Of a stretch of 64,000 nucleotides of DNA, positions 1 to 12,606 are shown piece by piece. The DNA comes from Lytechinus pictus (lineage: Eukaryota), in contig NC_087251.1 of the NCBI RefSeq assembly GCF_037042905.1, positions 22,074,001 through 22,138,000 on the forward strand, given 5' to 3'. Both the position numbers and the translations under genes were made by a program. The stretch's first letter is position 1. Every line of letters starts with the position of its first letter. The notes beneath the pieces were generated by a model. The model saw nothing but the letters and a program-made list of their open reading frames with translations, did not search any database and was not told the DNA's origin.

Positions 1-870
1 CTTGGAATGCCAGGGATGTATGAATTCAAGCATTAAAAACAAAAAGGAATGTCATTGACTTTTCAGATTCTGTTTATCTGCAAGATTATACTAAGTACTT
101 GTCTTATTGATAATGTGGAATTTCTTTATAACACATACCAATCAGAGAAAGATTTCTCATACGCCAATTAGAGAAAGATTTCTCATACGCCAACAATTTA
201 TAGTTTGCTCAATTCTTTTTAATTTATCTTTGAAGATTAAATCAAAGATCTATTGAACATCTAAAGAAAATGTAACCCCTAAACACTTAAAATCAGATTT
301 TTGCCAAGATATACCAAGATTAGTGAATGGAAAATCCAGACATTCTTTTCTTTTAACCAATCCATAAAGCCTTTGTTTTACTCAATTTAGTTTACATCCA
401 AAATACTGACCAAATTTGGATAAAGTTTCAAATAACAGAGAGAAAAAAAACAGACCATTAACCATCATTAAAACAAGCAGATTCATCAGCAAATATAGAT
501 ATTTTAGCCTCTTCGTCCAAATAAGGAATACCTCTTCTTAAATCATTTTGACGAACAGTAAGTGCCATAATCTCAAAAACGAGAAGAACACCACTGAACA
601 ATTCCTCTTTTCATTAAAATACATTCAGATAAAAAACATTATTAATTACCTAGCTCTGACGGGTAGAGTACAAAGTTTTGATAGAGTCAATAAATTCAAA
701 AACCAAAATTGATTTTTTTTTTTCAAGGATTTAAAATAAAAAATCATGGGAGACGCTATCAAATGCCTTTTCAATATCGAACTTCAATTTTAATTCAAAC
801 TTCAAAATAAAGAAATCATTTAACGGGGGAATTGAAGAAACCCAATATTTTAAAACTTCAATGTATCCCC
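1..870 (-). mobile_element. Decayed L1/Tx1-type LINE reverse transcriptase fragment
   Basis: Minus-strand translation gives FDIEKAFDSVSHDFLF, FIDSIKTLYS, EIMALTVRQND..RGIPY, KISIFADESACF (FADD-like), LFETLSKFGQYFGCKLN and KCLGVTF, interrupted by stops and frameshifts. Confidence 0.75.
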
Positions 871-1619
871 CTTGTTTAAAATTTGTGATTAGCTATTGGA
901 AGTATGTTAGCATCATGCATCCCCATCCTACTTTACATCTGAATCCAATTCTTTGAGATTCTTTAAAAAGAGGTCGCAGATGTCAGGAGGAGAGTTTATA
1001 TTTTGGTGGAAATTGATGGCAAATTGTGAATTTTTTGTCTGGTTATGGATTATGGAATCTCCCTGTTTGACAGTGGATCCATTCAAAATGCATGGATGCC
1101 AGCCTCTCTCTGATGTTATGTTTGACATGTTGTTTATGTGGAGGATGGAGAAGAACATAAAAGGAAGATCATTGAGATGATCATGGGTGTGCCTCCGGGG
1201 GAAAAGAAGGGATTGATTATGAATATCATCATGAAAATGTGTGTCAGGAAATCAACAGATCTATGTAAGAGCGGGGTGCATGGTTGGTGTCATAGCATCT
1301 CTGTGCCTAATTTTTCATTATAATTAAAGATTTTTTCCAATTTTCTCTCATGCACAATGTAGGTTAATACTTTTGAAAGCTATGCATGATATTGGGGGCT
1401 ATCCTTTTTTTCTCTCTCAAAGTAGGAAAAGAGGGCAATAAGACATAGAGGTTATTTGTTGGTACGTTTTACATATAGACTTATGATAAAGATTTCTGTC
1501 CATTGTTTCAGTATTAACAGTTGGCGATCATTAGAATATATTGCTCTAATTCTTAAATATGTTAATTGTTTTACTCTGATAGAAACTTGCCTGTGATATG
1601 CACTTTAACAGAAAACTTT

Positions 1620-1783
1620 TAGTAGTAGTAGGAGAAGAAAGAGAAACAGTAGTAGAAGTAGTAGTAGCAGCAGCACTAGTAGTAGAAGTACTAGTAGTAG
1701 TAGTAGTGGTTTTAGTAGTAGTAATTGTAGTAGCAGTAGTAGTAGTAGTAATAGTAATAGTAGTAGCAGCAGTAGTAGCAGTA

Positions 1784-1832
<49 letters not shown>

Positions 1833-1867
1833 CAGTAGTAGAAGTAGAAGTAGTAGTAGTAGTAGTA

Positions 1868-1915
<48 letters not shown>

Positions 1916-1952
1916 ATAGTAATAGTAGTAGCAGCAGTAGTAGTAGTAGTAT

Positions 1953-1985
<33 letters not shown>

Positions 1986-2011
1986 AAGTAGTAGAAGTAG
2001 TAGTAGTAGTA

Positions 2012-2084
<73 letters not shown>

Positions 2085-2088
2085 CAGT

Positions 2089-2135
<47 letters not shown>

Positions 2136-2150
2136 AAGAAATAGTAGTGA
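1620..2150. repeat. (GTA)n/(GCA)n trinucleotide microsatellite, ~530 bp, intronic
   Basis: Directly visible. It produces the poly-V, poly-T and poly-Y ORFs in the track. Confidence 0.97.
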
Positions 2151-2270
2151 TGATGGTGGGGGGAAGTGACACTAGCAGTATTCATCATTATTTTAGTTGA
2201 TGGAGGAAGGTTTTTTGGTAGACTATATAATATATTAACCCTATCTTCATTAATCTGATAATCCATACAG

Positions 2271-4059
2271 TTGAGCAAGCCTCCTGCGATGACCCTGGCT
2301 GGCCAGTGAATTCTCAGAGATGCTGCCAGTATATCTTCTATGTCGGTGTAAAGCTAAGTTTCTACTGCAATGAGGGTTATAACATCAGTGGAAGTGATGA
2401 AAGGACATGTCTCTCCAACGGTCAGTGGTCTGGGGTCCAGCCGGTCTGTAATGAGAGTAAGTTGAATCATTTTCTCTGACCTGATATCCATGCCCTGCAT
2501 TTCTATTCAAACAGCCATCTCTTTATGTCAGACCCAAAGCAGACACTAAGACACCCATTTTCACCTTCTCAACCCCCCCCCCCCTGAAAAAGGAAAATGA
2601 ATTAATTAATAAAATGAAATAGAATGAAAAAAAATAAATAAATAAATGAAAATAATAACAAAGGAGGTGTGGTTGTCTACAATCTTCAATATGAAGTACA
2701 TCACCTTTTGTTTATCTTTTTTATTCCTTGTTTTTCTTCTTTGATATTCTTAGTTCCTTAACTCCAAATAATTACCCCTTCAAAATCTATACTGGTCATT
2801 GCCTTGAGTAACCTTGGGTTGTTTTCATTGTAAAATATGATTGACAGCGGTCTTACACTTTATGTTGGCTCAGTTAAAATAGGGGTCAAGTGTACAAAAG
2901 TCTGTTTAATTTTCAAAAAATACCATAATACATATGTCACTGGGGTGTATCATGATGAGCTGATTCTGTCTCTCACCTTACAATCAATGGATCTTGTGAT
3001 AGAAACCCACCGAAGTACTAGTGTCGATTGGCAAGACATCCAAGGTTTTGCCACTCTTCACCTAGTTGTTAAATAGGTTGGATGCAAAATGCCAGTGTAT
3101 CATGTAATAGTATTCTAACTTGGAATTTCCTACTGGAATGCTGTATAGGGAAAGGAGAAAGTCCAATCATTCTATTTTGGCAAGTCTGACTGCCACAATA
3201 ATAATAATTTATCTGTGAATCACTTATACACTTCATCTCGATGTATATATTGTTATTATTATTATTATGTAAAAGCAAAATACTTTTATTATTTTTCATT
3301 ATTCTTCTCAATTGTCCTTTTACAGTTACCGTACCTCCAACACCAGAGGACAGCAGTATGTTTAACACAGAAACATTGACCATTGTCATGGCAACCACTG
3401 GCTCGATCCTTGGCATCCTGGTTGTCACTGTAATTCTGACAAGTCGTCAGTGTCGGTCCCGTCGTCATCGTGTGCCCCAAAACTACCCTCCAGTATTGCG
3501 TGCCCAGCTTGCGAGGCTACATCGTGACCCAGACGCCCTGGCTCTCCTTGCAGTGACGGATGATATTGGCGTTGTTTTGCCATCATATGACGAGGCGGTA
3601 GCCCAGATCCAGACTGCCCATGTTCCACCATTCCAAACTCCCTCAACTGAGGGTGATGACTCAAATGCAAATGATGGTGGGGAGAACCGTTCTTCGGTGC
3701 AGGGGAGGCCTCTTCCTCCCATACCGCCTCCGCTACCACATCAAGGCTCATCAACAAGATCAGGACGGTCAAGACGACAGCGCCGTGCAGGTCGTCAGCA
3801 GACTCCTCCATCCCCGTCTCCACCTGCATACGAGCAACATGAGGAGCCTCTGGATGTTGCAAATGCGGTCCAGGGAGAAAGCCCTCCAGCGGAGGACAGT
3901 CAGGCCAGGAGAGGTGAGGAGGAAATGATGGATGGTGGAGGACCAACCCATAGTATGGTTGGTAATGATCTCTATGCTGAGGTTCCTCAGAGAAGAGCCG
4001 AGCCACAAGGAGATGATGCACATCATACGGATGATAATACTAATCAAGTGGAAAGCTAA
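2271..4059 (+). CDS. Sushi/CCP-domain single-pass membrane protein, SUSD4/SUSD6-like; last two coding exons only, upstream exons outside the window
   Basis: Exon 2271-2456 (cag|...|gtaag, phase 1-1) encodes the CCP domain SCDDPGWPVNSQRCCQYIFYVGVKLSFYCNEGYNISGSDERTCLSNGQWSGVQPVC. Exon 3326-4059 encodes TM TLTIVMATTGSILGILVVTVIL, a basic stop-transfer segment, then VVLPSYDEAV and PPAY motifs, stop TAA at 4057-4059. The TM plus LPSY(D/E)EAV layout resembles vertebrate SUSD4/SUSD6 (from recall). Confidence 0.85.
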
Positions 4060-5576
4060 GAGAGGTGTATGCTGGTGCCTGCTGCTGTTGTACAGAAATC
4101 CTATAGTACTATAGATACCAATTAAATTTTACATATTAATTTTATTATCTTTTCCAGAGCTACATTTATTGGCTCAAACGTTGTAGTATTATGAAGTATT
4201 GTGTCTCCACTACCCGAAGGTGGTCACCAAGATCATGTTTGTGAGTTGTCTGTCCTGCAAGTTTTAAGTAGTTAAAAAGAAATATGAGGTACATATTTAA
4301 TAGTAATAATAATAATAATTATTGTTATTATTGTTACAATTATTTTTTTTTTTTTTCATTATTATTATTTTAATTATTATCATTATTATCAGGTATATAT
4401 TTCAATTATATCACGATGGCAGAGGCATAATTTGACAGCTTGTGGCTGAGAATCCATCTATATATACGACTTTGTAAACATTGATTTAATTAAGAGTAGA
4501 TATTTCAATTGGGCCAGTACTTATCCAATGAAATCAGATTTTCATTAATGTGCAGAAATAGTGTCCCCGCTTATCTTTTATTGGGATGGCTGTTTCAGAA
4601 ATTGCTGATGACTGAAAAAAAAACAGGCTTATGTGCTGAATTTCATTTCAACATAATATAGACGCTTTTAGGAGCAGTATATACAAAAATAAAAAGAAAA
4701 ATACAAATATCTTGTTCATTAGTGCTTACCTTACCTATTCCATCCCCACGACATTAATAATAAGTTCATCCTTTTTTAAGTTGCTTTCAAGCAAACATGT
4801 TACCTAGCTGACCTTTCAAAATGTATGCTGTACTAATCTAAAAAGTACAGAGTATCCTGATGATTGATATTTTGATGAATGTTTACATTAATAATGTATC
4901 TCAATTATGTTTGTGCTTGGAAAATGAAAGCAATCTGCTATCGATTACTAAGACTGAGCTACAATGGGAGTAAGTAGCCACGGGGACTCTTTTCGCCCTA
5001 GACCTTTACGCAGCGAAAACAATGGCATTGGCTGCCGATCAATCGATCTTGATCCTCACATGAAAAGTCCTTTGAGCTAAGGAAAATAAGAGCATGTGTT
5101 TCGAGCCAGTGGCATAAAGGTTTGTGTATAGAATGTATATCTTCTGCAGTTAACAACAGAGAGTGGTCAAAATCATATTATATATATATATATTCGGTCT
5201 TGCTGATTTTGTGATGATCATTATCTTGAGCAGGTGGTGAGGTGAGAATTCTGGGAAGTTTCCTTGGCATTGTGATTAGTTGAAATATCTAACCCATGTA
5301 GCACACAAAATTTAAATCGGTGATTTTAAATTACCAGAAATCTGTGAATAGATTAAGTGCTTCCTAGATTAAATCTTCTCTAAATTTAATAGTAGTTTTG
5401 CTATACTTTTTTGCTCAAATTTTATTTGAATTCTACCATACCTTTTTGTTTATTGAATGGACTGTTTCTCAAATTTTTCTTCACTTGCACCATACCAATT
5501 TTGTAAACAGTGTCTCTTTATCAATGGTTCTCTAAAGTTTTCCTTAAAAGGTACTATACTCTATGTCTCTTCAATA

Positions 5577-6022
5577 TTTGTCTCGTCTGAACAAAGTTCG
5601 ACAGAGGCCTAGTAGCCACTTTTCGTGTGTTGGTCTGTTAGTCTATTACAAAAATGTTTTTTTTTTTGTTTGACTTGCCCTCATTTCGTTATTTCTGCAT
5701 CATTTGTGTTCAGACTTGGTACATATGATCCTTGGGTAATACCACATGTGTGTCGATGGGGTCAAAGGTCATCTGAGGGTCACAAGGTCAAATGATATGA
5801 GGTCATGTTTATCTTTTTTCAAGTTTTTGTTCAACTTGCTCTCATTTCTTTATATCTGCATCAAGTGAGTTTATACTTGGTACAAATGATCTTTGGGTAA
5901 TACCACACATATGTTCTTGAGGATGATAAGGTCAAAGGTCATCAAGGGGTCGAAAGATCATATTGCATATTTCATTGATCACGAAATCAGGCGAGACTTG
6001 TGATTCATGAACCACCTTATCT
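5577..6022 (+). mobile_element. Helentron-associated non-autonomous element (HINE/DINE-1/Tsp-like) with two internal ~162-bp repeats
   Basis: Subterminal inverted pair gtctcgtctg (5580) / caggcgagac (5988), 3' hairpin gtgattc-at-gaaccac (6001-6016), T-rich flanks, and a duplicated core acttggtac..atgatc.ttgggtaataccaca..ggtcaaaggtcatc. Confidence 0.6.
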
Positions 6023-6601
6023 TTATTAACCTCCTGCTTGGTTTAAACAATTCTAGTTATATCATCACAACTGAATGGAAACAACACCTATAACTGAGTT
6101 TGAAATTCCCCAATAATGAGAAAATTATTGGGAGGTTTGATTGAAACTGGTCGATTAAAAAAGAAAAATTTCAAGGAGGAGGAGGCATCGTATTGAAATT
6201 TATAGTGGTAGATTTATTGTATTAGAACAGTCAAGTGATACATAAGCTACCCTACAGAGAGTTTTGCAGCTGATTTAGCATCCCCCTGGAAGTGCACTTA
6301 TTTTATGGGATGGTTCATCATTTTAGGGGGTTTTAAACTTCTGAATACAAGCAATGAATTGATATCATGAACATGATGGCTGAAGCTAAACCTAGATAAA
6401 TCCACCTGATCATGTAAAGGATATCCTCAATTTCCCGTAAAAGTAATTGACTTGTATAATGCTGAGTAAAGTAATTAGATATTAGTTTAAATACTCTTTA
6501 ACAGTATAGACATTTTATTCAGGTGTTTCATGCATTATATTTTTCGGGCAGCTTCAATATTAAAAGTATTGAGGGATTTTGTTTACTTCCCAACTAATTA
6601 A

Positions 6602-7184
6602 AGGAGAATGAAACCCTTGAAACTAGCTGAATCCATATCAAAGAGAAAAATCAAAGAAACATATTGTTGAAAGTTTGAGGAAGATTGAATGAATAATAAG
6701 AAAGTTATGAGCATTTGAATATTGAGATCACTAGTGCCATGTAGATCCTCCCATCGGCAATGCGACCAAGATCTGTGATATCACACACGTACAACTCCCT
6801 CATTACTTTAATACTTATTTCACTTATATTCTCACTTTTATAGAGTCTATCACAAGGTTAGGTGTTTTCTTTATGAGATGACAAGTACAGAGGTTTCACA
6901 ACATTATATCATTGATGAATCGTTTGTCATATGATTAGAATGAGCAAAAAGAGATGTTTTGGGGTATATTTTCAGTGTCCGAATGGGAGAGTTGTACGTG
7001 TGTGACATCACAGATCTTGGTCGCATTGCCAATGGGAGGATCTCCATAGCATTAGTGATCTCGACATTCAAATGCTCATAACTCTTTTATTGCTAGTCCT
7101 ATTTTACTCAAAGTTTTGTTGATCTTATTCTTTGATTTTTCTGCTTTCACAAAAGCTAACTTGCTCCAAGAGTTTCATTCTCCT
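6602..7184. mobile_element. Kolobok/T2-like foldback MITE with TTAA target duplication
   Basis: TTAA|aggagaatgaaac...gtttcattctcct|TTAA, with long inverted arms (about 6700-6800 vs 6985-7085). Confidence 0.85.
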
Positions 7185-8696
7185 TTAACAATTGCTGCAC
7201 ATACATATATCCATTGGAAATATGTTTTTAACCATTTTCATGTTATTCACATTTTACTGTTATAGCTTTCTTATTACATAATTATCTGCTATTGGACAGG
7301 AACATAATGTTTGCTAATTAATATAAATTACTATAAAGCAAAATATAGAAATATACATATGTATAGTTTTAAATTGTTCTTAAATTCATCAGATTTCCTT
7401 CTTAAACATTTTTTTTTCTGGTTTTGGCACCATAATTGCTTTGTAGCCTACCATCAGAGGCATACATGTCAAATTGGCTACTCATATCACTTGGCAAACT
7501 TGTGAATGCAGTCATTTTGCTTTATATTACATTGGTTTTGATAGTGCAAGTTTTGTTAACTCTGAAATATGTTATGTTATTCTTTGTTTATCATAATTTT
7601 AGGCACTAAATATGCTGAAGTTCCATGTCTTTATTTGCATTATCACTTTTATGAAACTCATTGATGCATATATTTTTATAGCACTTTAAAGATTATAGAG
7701 AAGGGATTCTCATGGATGTTTTGTTTGTTTGATTGTTTCTTTTGTAGTTGTTTTCTTATGTAGGTGTATTACGTTTCTTATATATTAAAATGAATATGAC
7801 AAGGGTTAAAGAAAATTAGGCTTTTCTTGACAGAATCCATTTTGAATAAGTACCTATTCTCGTTGTGTAATTATTTGTCCTTTATCCTCTTGTATCAATA
7901 GATATTGAGAGATACACGGGCATTGACAGTGAAGAGACAATGTGAAAAGCGAAAAGAGGCTAATAAAACAATAAATTCATTCCTAGCACGTTATGTGACA
8001 ATCACTCCTTCTGATCGTCACACAGGCTCCTCACCGTGACCATTTTAGGGGCTATCTTCAACCCTTGTGTGTATGGCCATTATGCAGCTGAGTAAACTGA
8101 ACATAGTGATCGATTTGGATGTGCTGAGCAACCGGCTATAAGCTCTTTTGATCACTTCAAGTTGGGTTATATCATTGATTGAGATTTAGAAGGACGTGAA
8201 CTATATCTCCAGAGAATAAATGTCCTTGCCATTCTCAGATGCTTTTAACAGATTTCTGTTAAGATTTAATTGCTCTAAAATCCAAATGCAAAGAAGGACT
8301 TAATGTCATTTTGTTTACCCAGGCAATATATTTCTGAGAGCTACATCCAATAAAAAAAAAGAGTGTAATGAAAGTGATTTCATCTTTATTGTTATTTCTT
8401 TGACTCGGGAGCTAAGAATTTTGGTGTGATTGCCTATAGGACATTACTGTCATTTAAGTTATATATTCTGGTTGATTCTTTTTTTTTTTTAATGTATCTT
8501 TCTTTTCTTTAGAGAAAGTGATGGTAATCAAAATTATATTTAATCCGGATGAAAAAAACTCTGTCAGTATGATGCATATATTTAAATCAGAGCCAAGAGA
8601 GAGGGGATTCTTAAACCCCTACCCATGGTCACAGAAAGTAATTCAGAGACTAGCTTGCTGTCGACTAAGCCTCACAATTTGACAAGAAATATGTTC

Positions 8697-8785
8697 CAGG
8701 GGCTGCGGAATGGTTTTGAAAGGGGGGGGGCTGATCAAGCAAAAAATCACAATCAGATGGTCCTTTTTACGTTTTTGTACACGTA
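8697..8785 (+). mobile_element. hAT-like MITE end fragment, same family as 22407-22560
   Basis: caggggctgcggaatggttttgaaagggg...aaaaaatcacaatca..tggtc..tttttac..gtacacg is nearly repeated at 22407-22505. Confidence 0.6.
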
Positions 8786-9829
8786 CGGTTTTGGCCCCAG
8801 TGCTCTGTGGACATAAGAGTGACTGAATATAAATTACTGATAAGAAATAGTGTACAAGGGACAAAGAGTTTGTACGAATTATAATTATCAATGAAGCAAC
8901 CAGTTATGAACTGAATGGCCCACATTTGCAAAGAAAGACATTTATTTTGAAGTCTGTCTACAGCTTTGGTGAAGGAACAGTATTGTGAACTATAGTACAG
9001 AGTACTATCGAACATAATATATTACAATAGCAAATTAGTCAATGAGTGCATGATTTAACCATTAAAAATTACATATGGCATTTTTCTGGCTGTTAAATTA
9101 GCTCCCTCTGTCTGTAATGTTTTTACTTTTATTTCAAATAGCCATTTAGAAAGCTACTGACAAAGTTTATATCCTGAAATTTCCAACCCATTGCATGCTT
9201 GAAAACAAGTAAATATACACAGATAGCTATTTTGATTGGGCGCCTGATTAAATCAAATATCTGATGCAAAATCAGTCAATTTATGCAATAAGACACAGTT
9301 TTGGTTTATATCCTTCATAACACAGCCATTTTAGGGCATATGATTTAATATTATAATATTGTCATAAAATTGAATTTGGACATTAATTTTTTTTTTTTGG
9401 GGGGGGGGATTTATCAAAACTAAAGATGGGCTTTAAGCATGTATAAGCAATGTGTGCTTATAATACTTCCTCTTGTATATCTTTTGTGTATTTTTACCAG
9501 TACATTTAATTTTTATTGTTAGATATGTATTGCTGGATGCAATGTGAGATGTGATTAATATTTTATGATTTTTCATAATATGTTATTTTAGCCAGAGTAC
9601 TTGATTGTTGAAACCTTCATATTTGGAGGAAAATAAATCATTTTATAAAGAATTCATTTCTGCAGTGTATTTGTGTCTTGTAAGATGTTGACAACATCCA
9701 TAATGAGTTTTTGATTAATGTTTGAATTATTCATTCGTCAGTTTCAAAGTGTAGTTGAGTGAATGTCGAGGTTGATCAATGGCCTGTTATGTGAAAGGAT
9801 AAAAGATAAATGGGTGGCGAATTAAAGAT

Positions 9830-10020
9830 TGAATTAATGTGTTTGATGAATTAATGAATAAAGGAGTGAAAAATAAAGGAATAGATTGATGAATAAGTGA
9901 GTGAACTAATTTATCAATTCTTGATGAATAAATGAATGAATGAATCCCGGAATGAATGAATGAACAGATGAATTAATTACTGAACGAACGAATGAGTGTG
10001 TGACTTACTGAATGATTGGA
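9830..10020. repeat. Degenerate (AATG)n microsatellite
   Basis: gaatgaatgaat tracts are directly visible. Confidence 0.7.
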
Positions 10021-10292
10021 TAATAATAAAAAAGGAAAGGTAGATCAATAATGATTTCATATCACAGATGATTTCCCATTGATCAAACTCGATTTTGGTT
10101 GGATTCTTTGTACTGAAATATATATACAGAAAAAAATCTTATCACAAGCATCTTCATGCAGAGATACCAATTTGTGTATTACAAGATCCAAAGAAGAAAT
10201 AGTCCTACATGGCTTAGTAGAACGACATATAAGAGGGACAGAGCCAGGGTATTTTGATTAGGGAGGCAAGATGACACAGGGATGACTTTTGT

Positions 10293-10745
10293 AAGGTCAA
10301 GTTCACCACAACAAAATCTTGCTTTAGATGAATAGATACACATTAAACAAACTTAACACTTAAATTCCATTGAAATCAGATGTAGCATAAAAAGTTTTGA
10401 AATTCTAAATTTTTGCTTTAATTTCACAAAACAGTTAAAGCACATCCTGGTCAGTATGCAAATGAGGGAACCAATTACATCGCTCACTTTTATTTGTATT
10501 TTTTCTGGCTGTAATGTGAAATAAGTTTTGATTGCTTGGTGAGCATGTGGTATTGACAGCTTCTATATTCTTAAATCTGAAAAAAATCTATATTTTATAT
10601 TATAAAATACATAAGAAATTGTGAATATGTTAGACATCAACAATCTCATTTACATGTCACCTTCGTTGCAAATAATACAATGTTATGCTCACTTGATTTT
10701 TTTTCTATTCAATCAAATCAACTATTTGTTGGTGGGGGAATACCC
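10293..10745. mobile_element. Old degenerate Kolobok/T2-like MITE
   Basis: Begins aaggtcaagttcaccacaacaaaa and ends tttgttggtggggg. Internal motifs resemble 15761-16371. Confidence 0.45.
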
Positions 10746-12039
10746 ATGCATCCGCTCTATATTTTATAAGTCTTTCTAAAAGGTCTTCAAGTCATCATGA
10801 AGTTAAGTAGGATTTTGTTTTAAATAGAGCTCACTCTCTGTGGCACATAGAGAGACAGTGTAATGTAATTATTTCTACGAAATTTAAAATTGTCACCCCC
10901 CCCTTCCCTTTCTGTCTCTCCCCTCTCCCCCCCCCCCCCCCCGGCTGTTTCCCTGACTCCCCTCTCCTTTGTCATTCATTAACATTTTTGCATTTCTTTG
11001 ATTGAGTGCTGGTGTAGATTTCTATTTCACTGTGTGAAGATGACCTAATTAATGAAGCGATAGGCGGCACCTTAACGTGATTTTATAACGTCATTCAATT
11101 CGGCTGTGAAGTTCCATGGTGGTTAAATAGATTTAAAGAAATGGAATAGAATACAAAGTGAACGTTAATGTAGAATTCAGTCACACCTTTATTTTTAGGT
11201 ATAACAACCGATGAAACACCATAGAGGTGACACTTTCTTACAAATCTGGTGTCAATCTAAATAACACCATAGAGGTGTCATTTTAATTGACACCTGCTTG
11301 GCAAAAAAAGTATCACGAACGCTTAGACTTCGAATTTCTATTCTTCTTGTAACTCTTTAAATCGTGATTTCGTCATTATGACGTATGCGGTAGAGAAGTA
11401 CGGTTACAACTTTTTTCGAAAATGAAAAATTGCGCACTTGCTGCTGGCTGTTAATAAGATTGATCTAAAGTTTTCATTCTGAAAGGAGAAAAACATTAAA
11501 TGGTTGGAAATCCGTTCAATTTATTTACATTAATATTATTGATCCATATTTGAAATATTCGACATCAGCCTCCACTATCATTAGGCCGACTTTAATCATA
11601 TACGATACTGACGTCATAATTTGTTATCAACAAAAGATGCCCATTCACGTGGTGAGAGTACCGAAGTGATGACGTTACTTATGTGTTTGTCTTGTTTTTC
11701 GATCGCCAACGGAAAAAAACCTGCGCCATTCTTTAATTGATGTGTTTTGTCTTGGGTAATACACGTGCATTGTTAGCCGACTGTTTTCATCAATGGTGCT
11801 TTTTAATTGGTTTTCTTGAGACGTTATAAAACAGTTTCCATGGGAATTGTTTCAACGTCAGATGCGAGATCGATCGAGATAAATCATCAAAATAATATTC
11901 ATGGGCCCTGGTCAAGAAGAACCAATAAAGCTGCACGCTGGGTACTTCGGCAATTTTTAAGGCTTTAATCGGTATGATGAAAGTCTGGATCACGATTCTA
12001 GCAAAAGTGCAATAAGTGTTAAAAGTTACTAAAATCGTA

Positions 12040-12258
12040 CACTCTTAAAACATATCAGTCAAATTGACTTGACCAGTAGTCAGCTGGGTACAACTGATAT
12101 GACATTCACTGATAGTCACATTTATGACATAATTCTAGTCAAAAATAACTCCGTTCTAGTAAAATACGTCTAGAAAATAGTCAAATATGACTAGAATAAC
12201 GGTTGCACCCAGCCGCCCATATCAAATAGTCATTTTGCACTGATTTGTTTTTAGAGTG
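12040..12258. mobile_element. Small MITE with CACTC...GAGTG termini and TA flanks (EnSpm/CACTA-like ends)
   Basis: ta|cactcttaaaacatatcagt ... actgatttgtttttagagtg|ta, with internal repeated tagtcaaa motifs. Confidence 0.65.
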
Positions 12259-12606
12259 TATAGCATTTGACTGACTGACAGAAATATAGGCCTACGTCAC
12301 ACAAATTTTGCGAATTTAAAACGCTCTCTTAGATTGCTTGTCTTGTCCATATTCTGGACTATTTTTTTTCATACTCTCGTGATTTCCGGACATGGCGTTA
12401 TTTAAAAATCTTTCTAAATTATTTTTTTACTTTTCAGAAGATTTGGGATACAAAATTGCAATATTAAAAAAATATATCAAAGGTACAAATATAGATCATA
12501 ATGTATCATTCGTTATGCAATGTCTTGCATTAATTTTTTTCATTTTTTAAAACAGATTAATGATCACATTTTTGCATCATGGAATGATTCATGAACAAAT
12601 ACAATA

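Noticed and set aside
1546..2278. Long poly-Thr, poly-Val and poly-Tyr ORFs (mucin-like)
   Set aside because: They are translations of a (GTA)n microsatellite. The poly-Thr frame is antisense to the host gene and no splice sites link it to an exon.
3425..4047. Overlapping antisense and alternative-frame ORFs
   Set aside because: Shadows of the GC-rich last exon of the SUSD-like gene.
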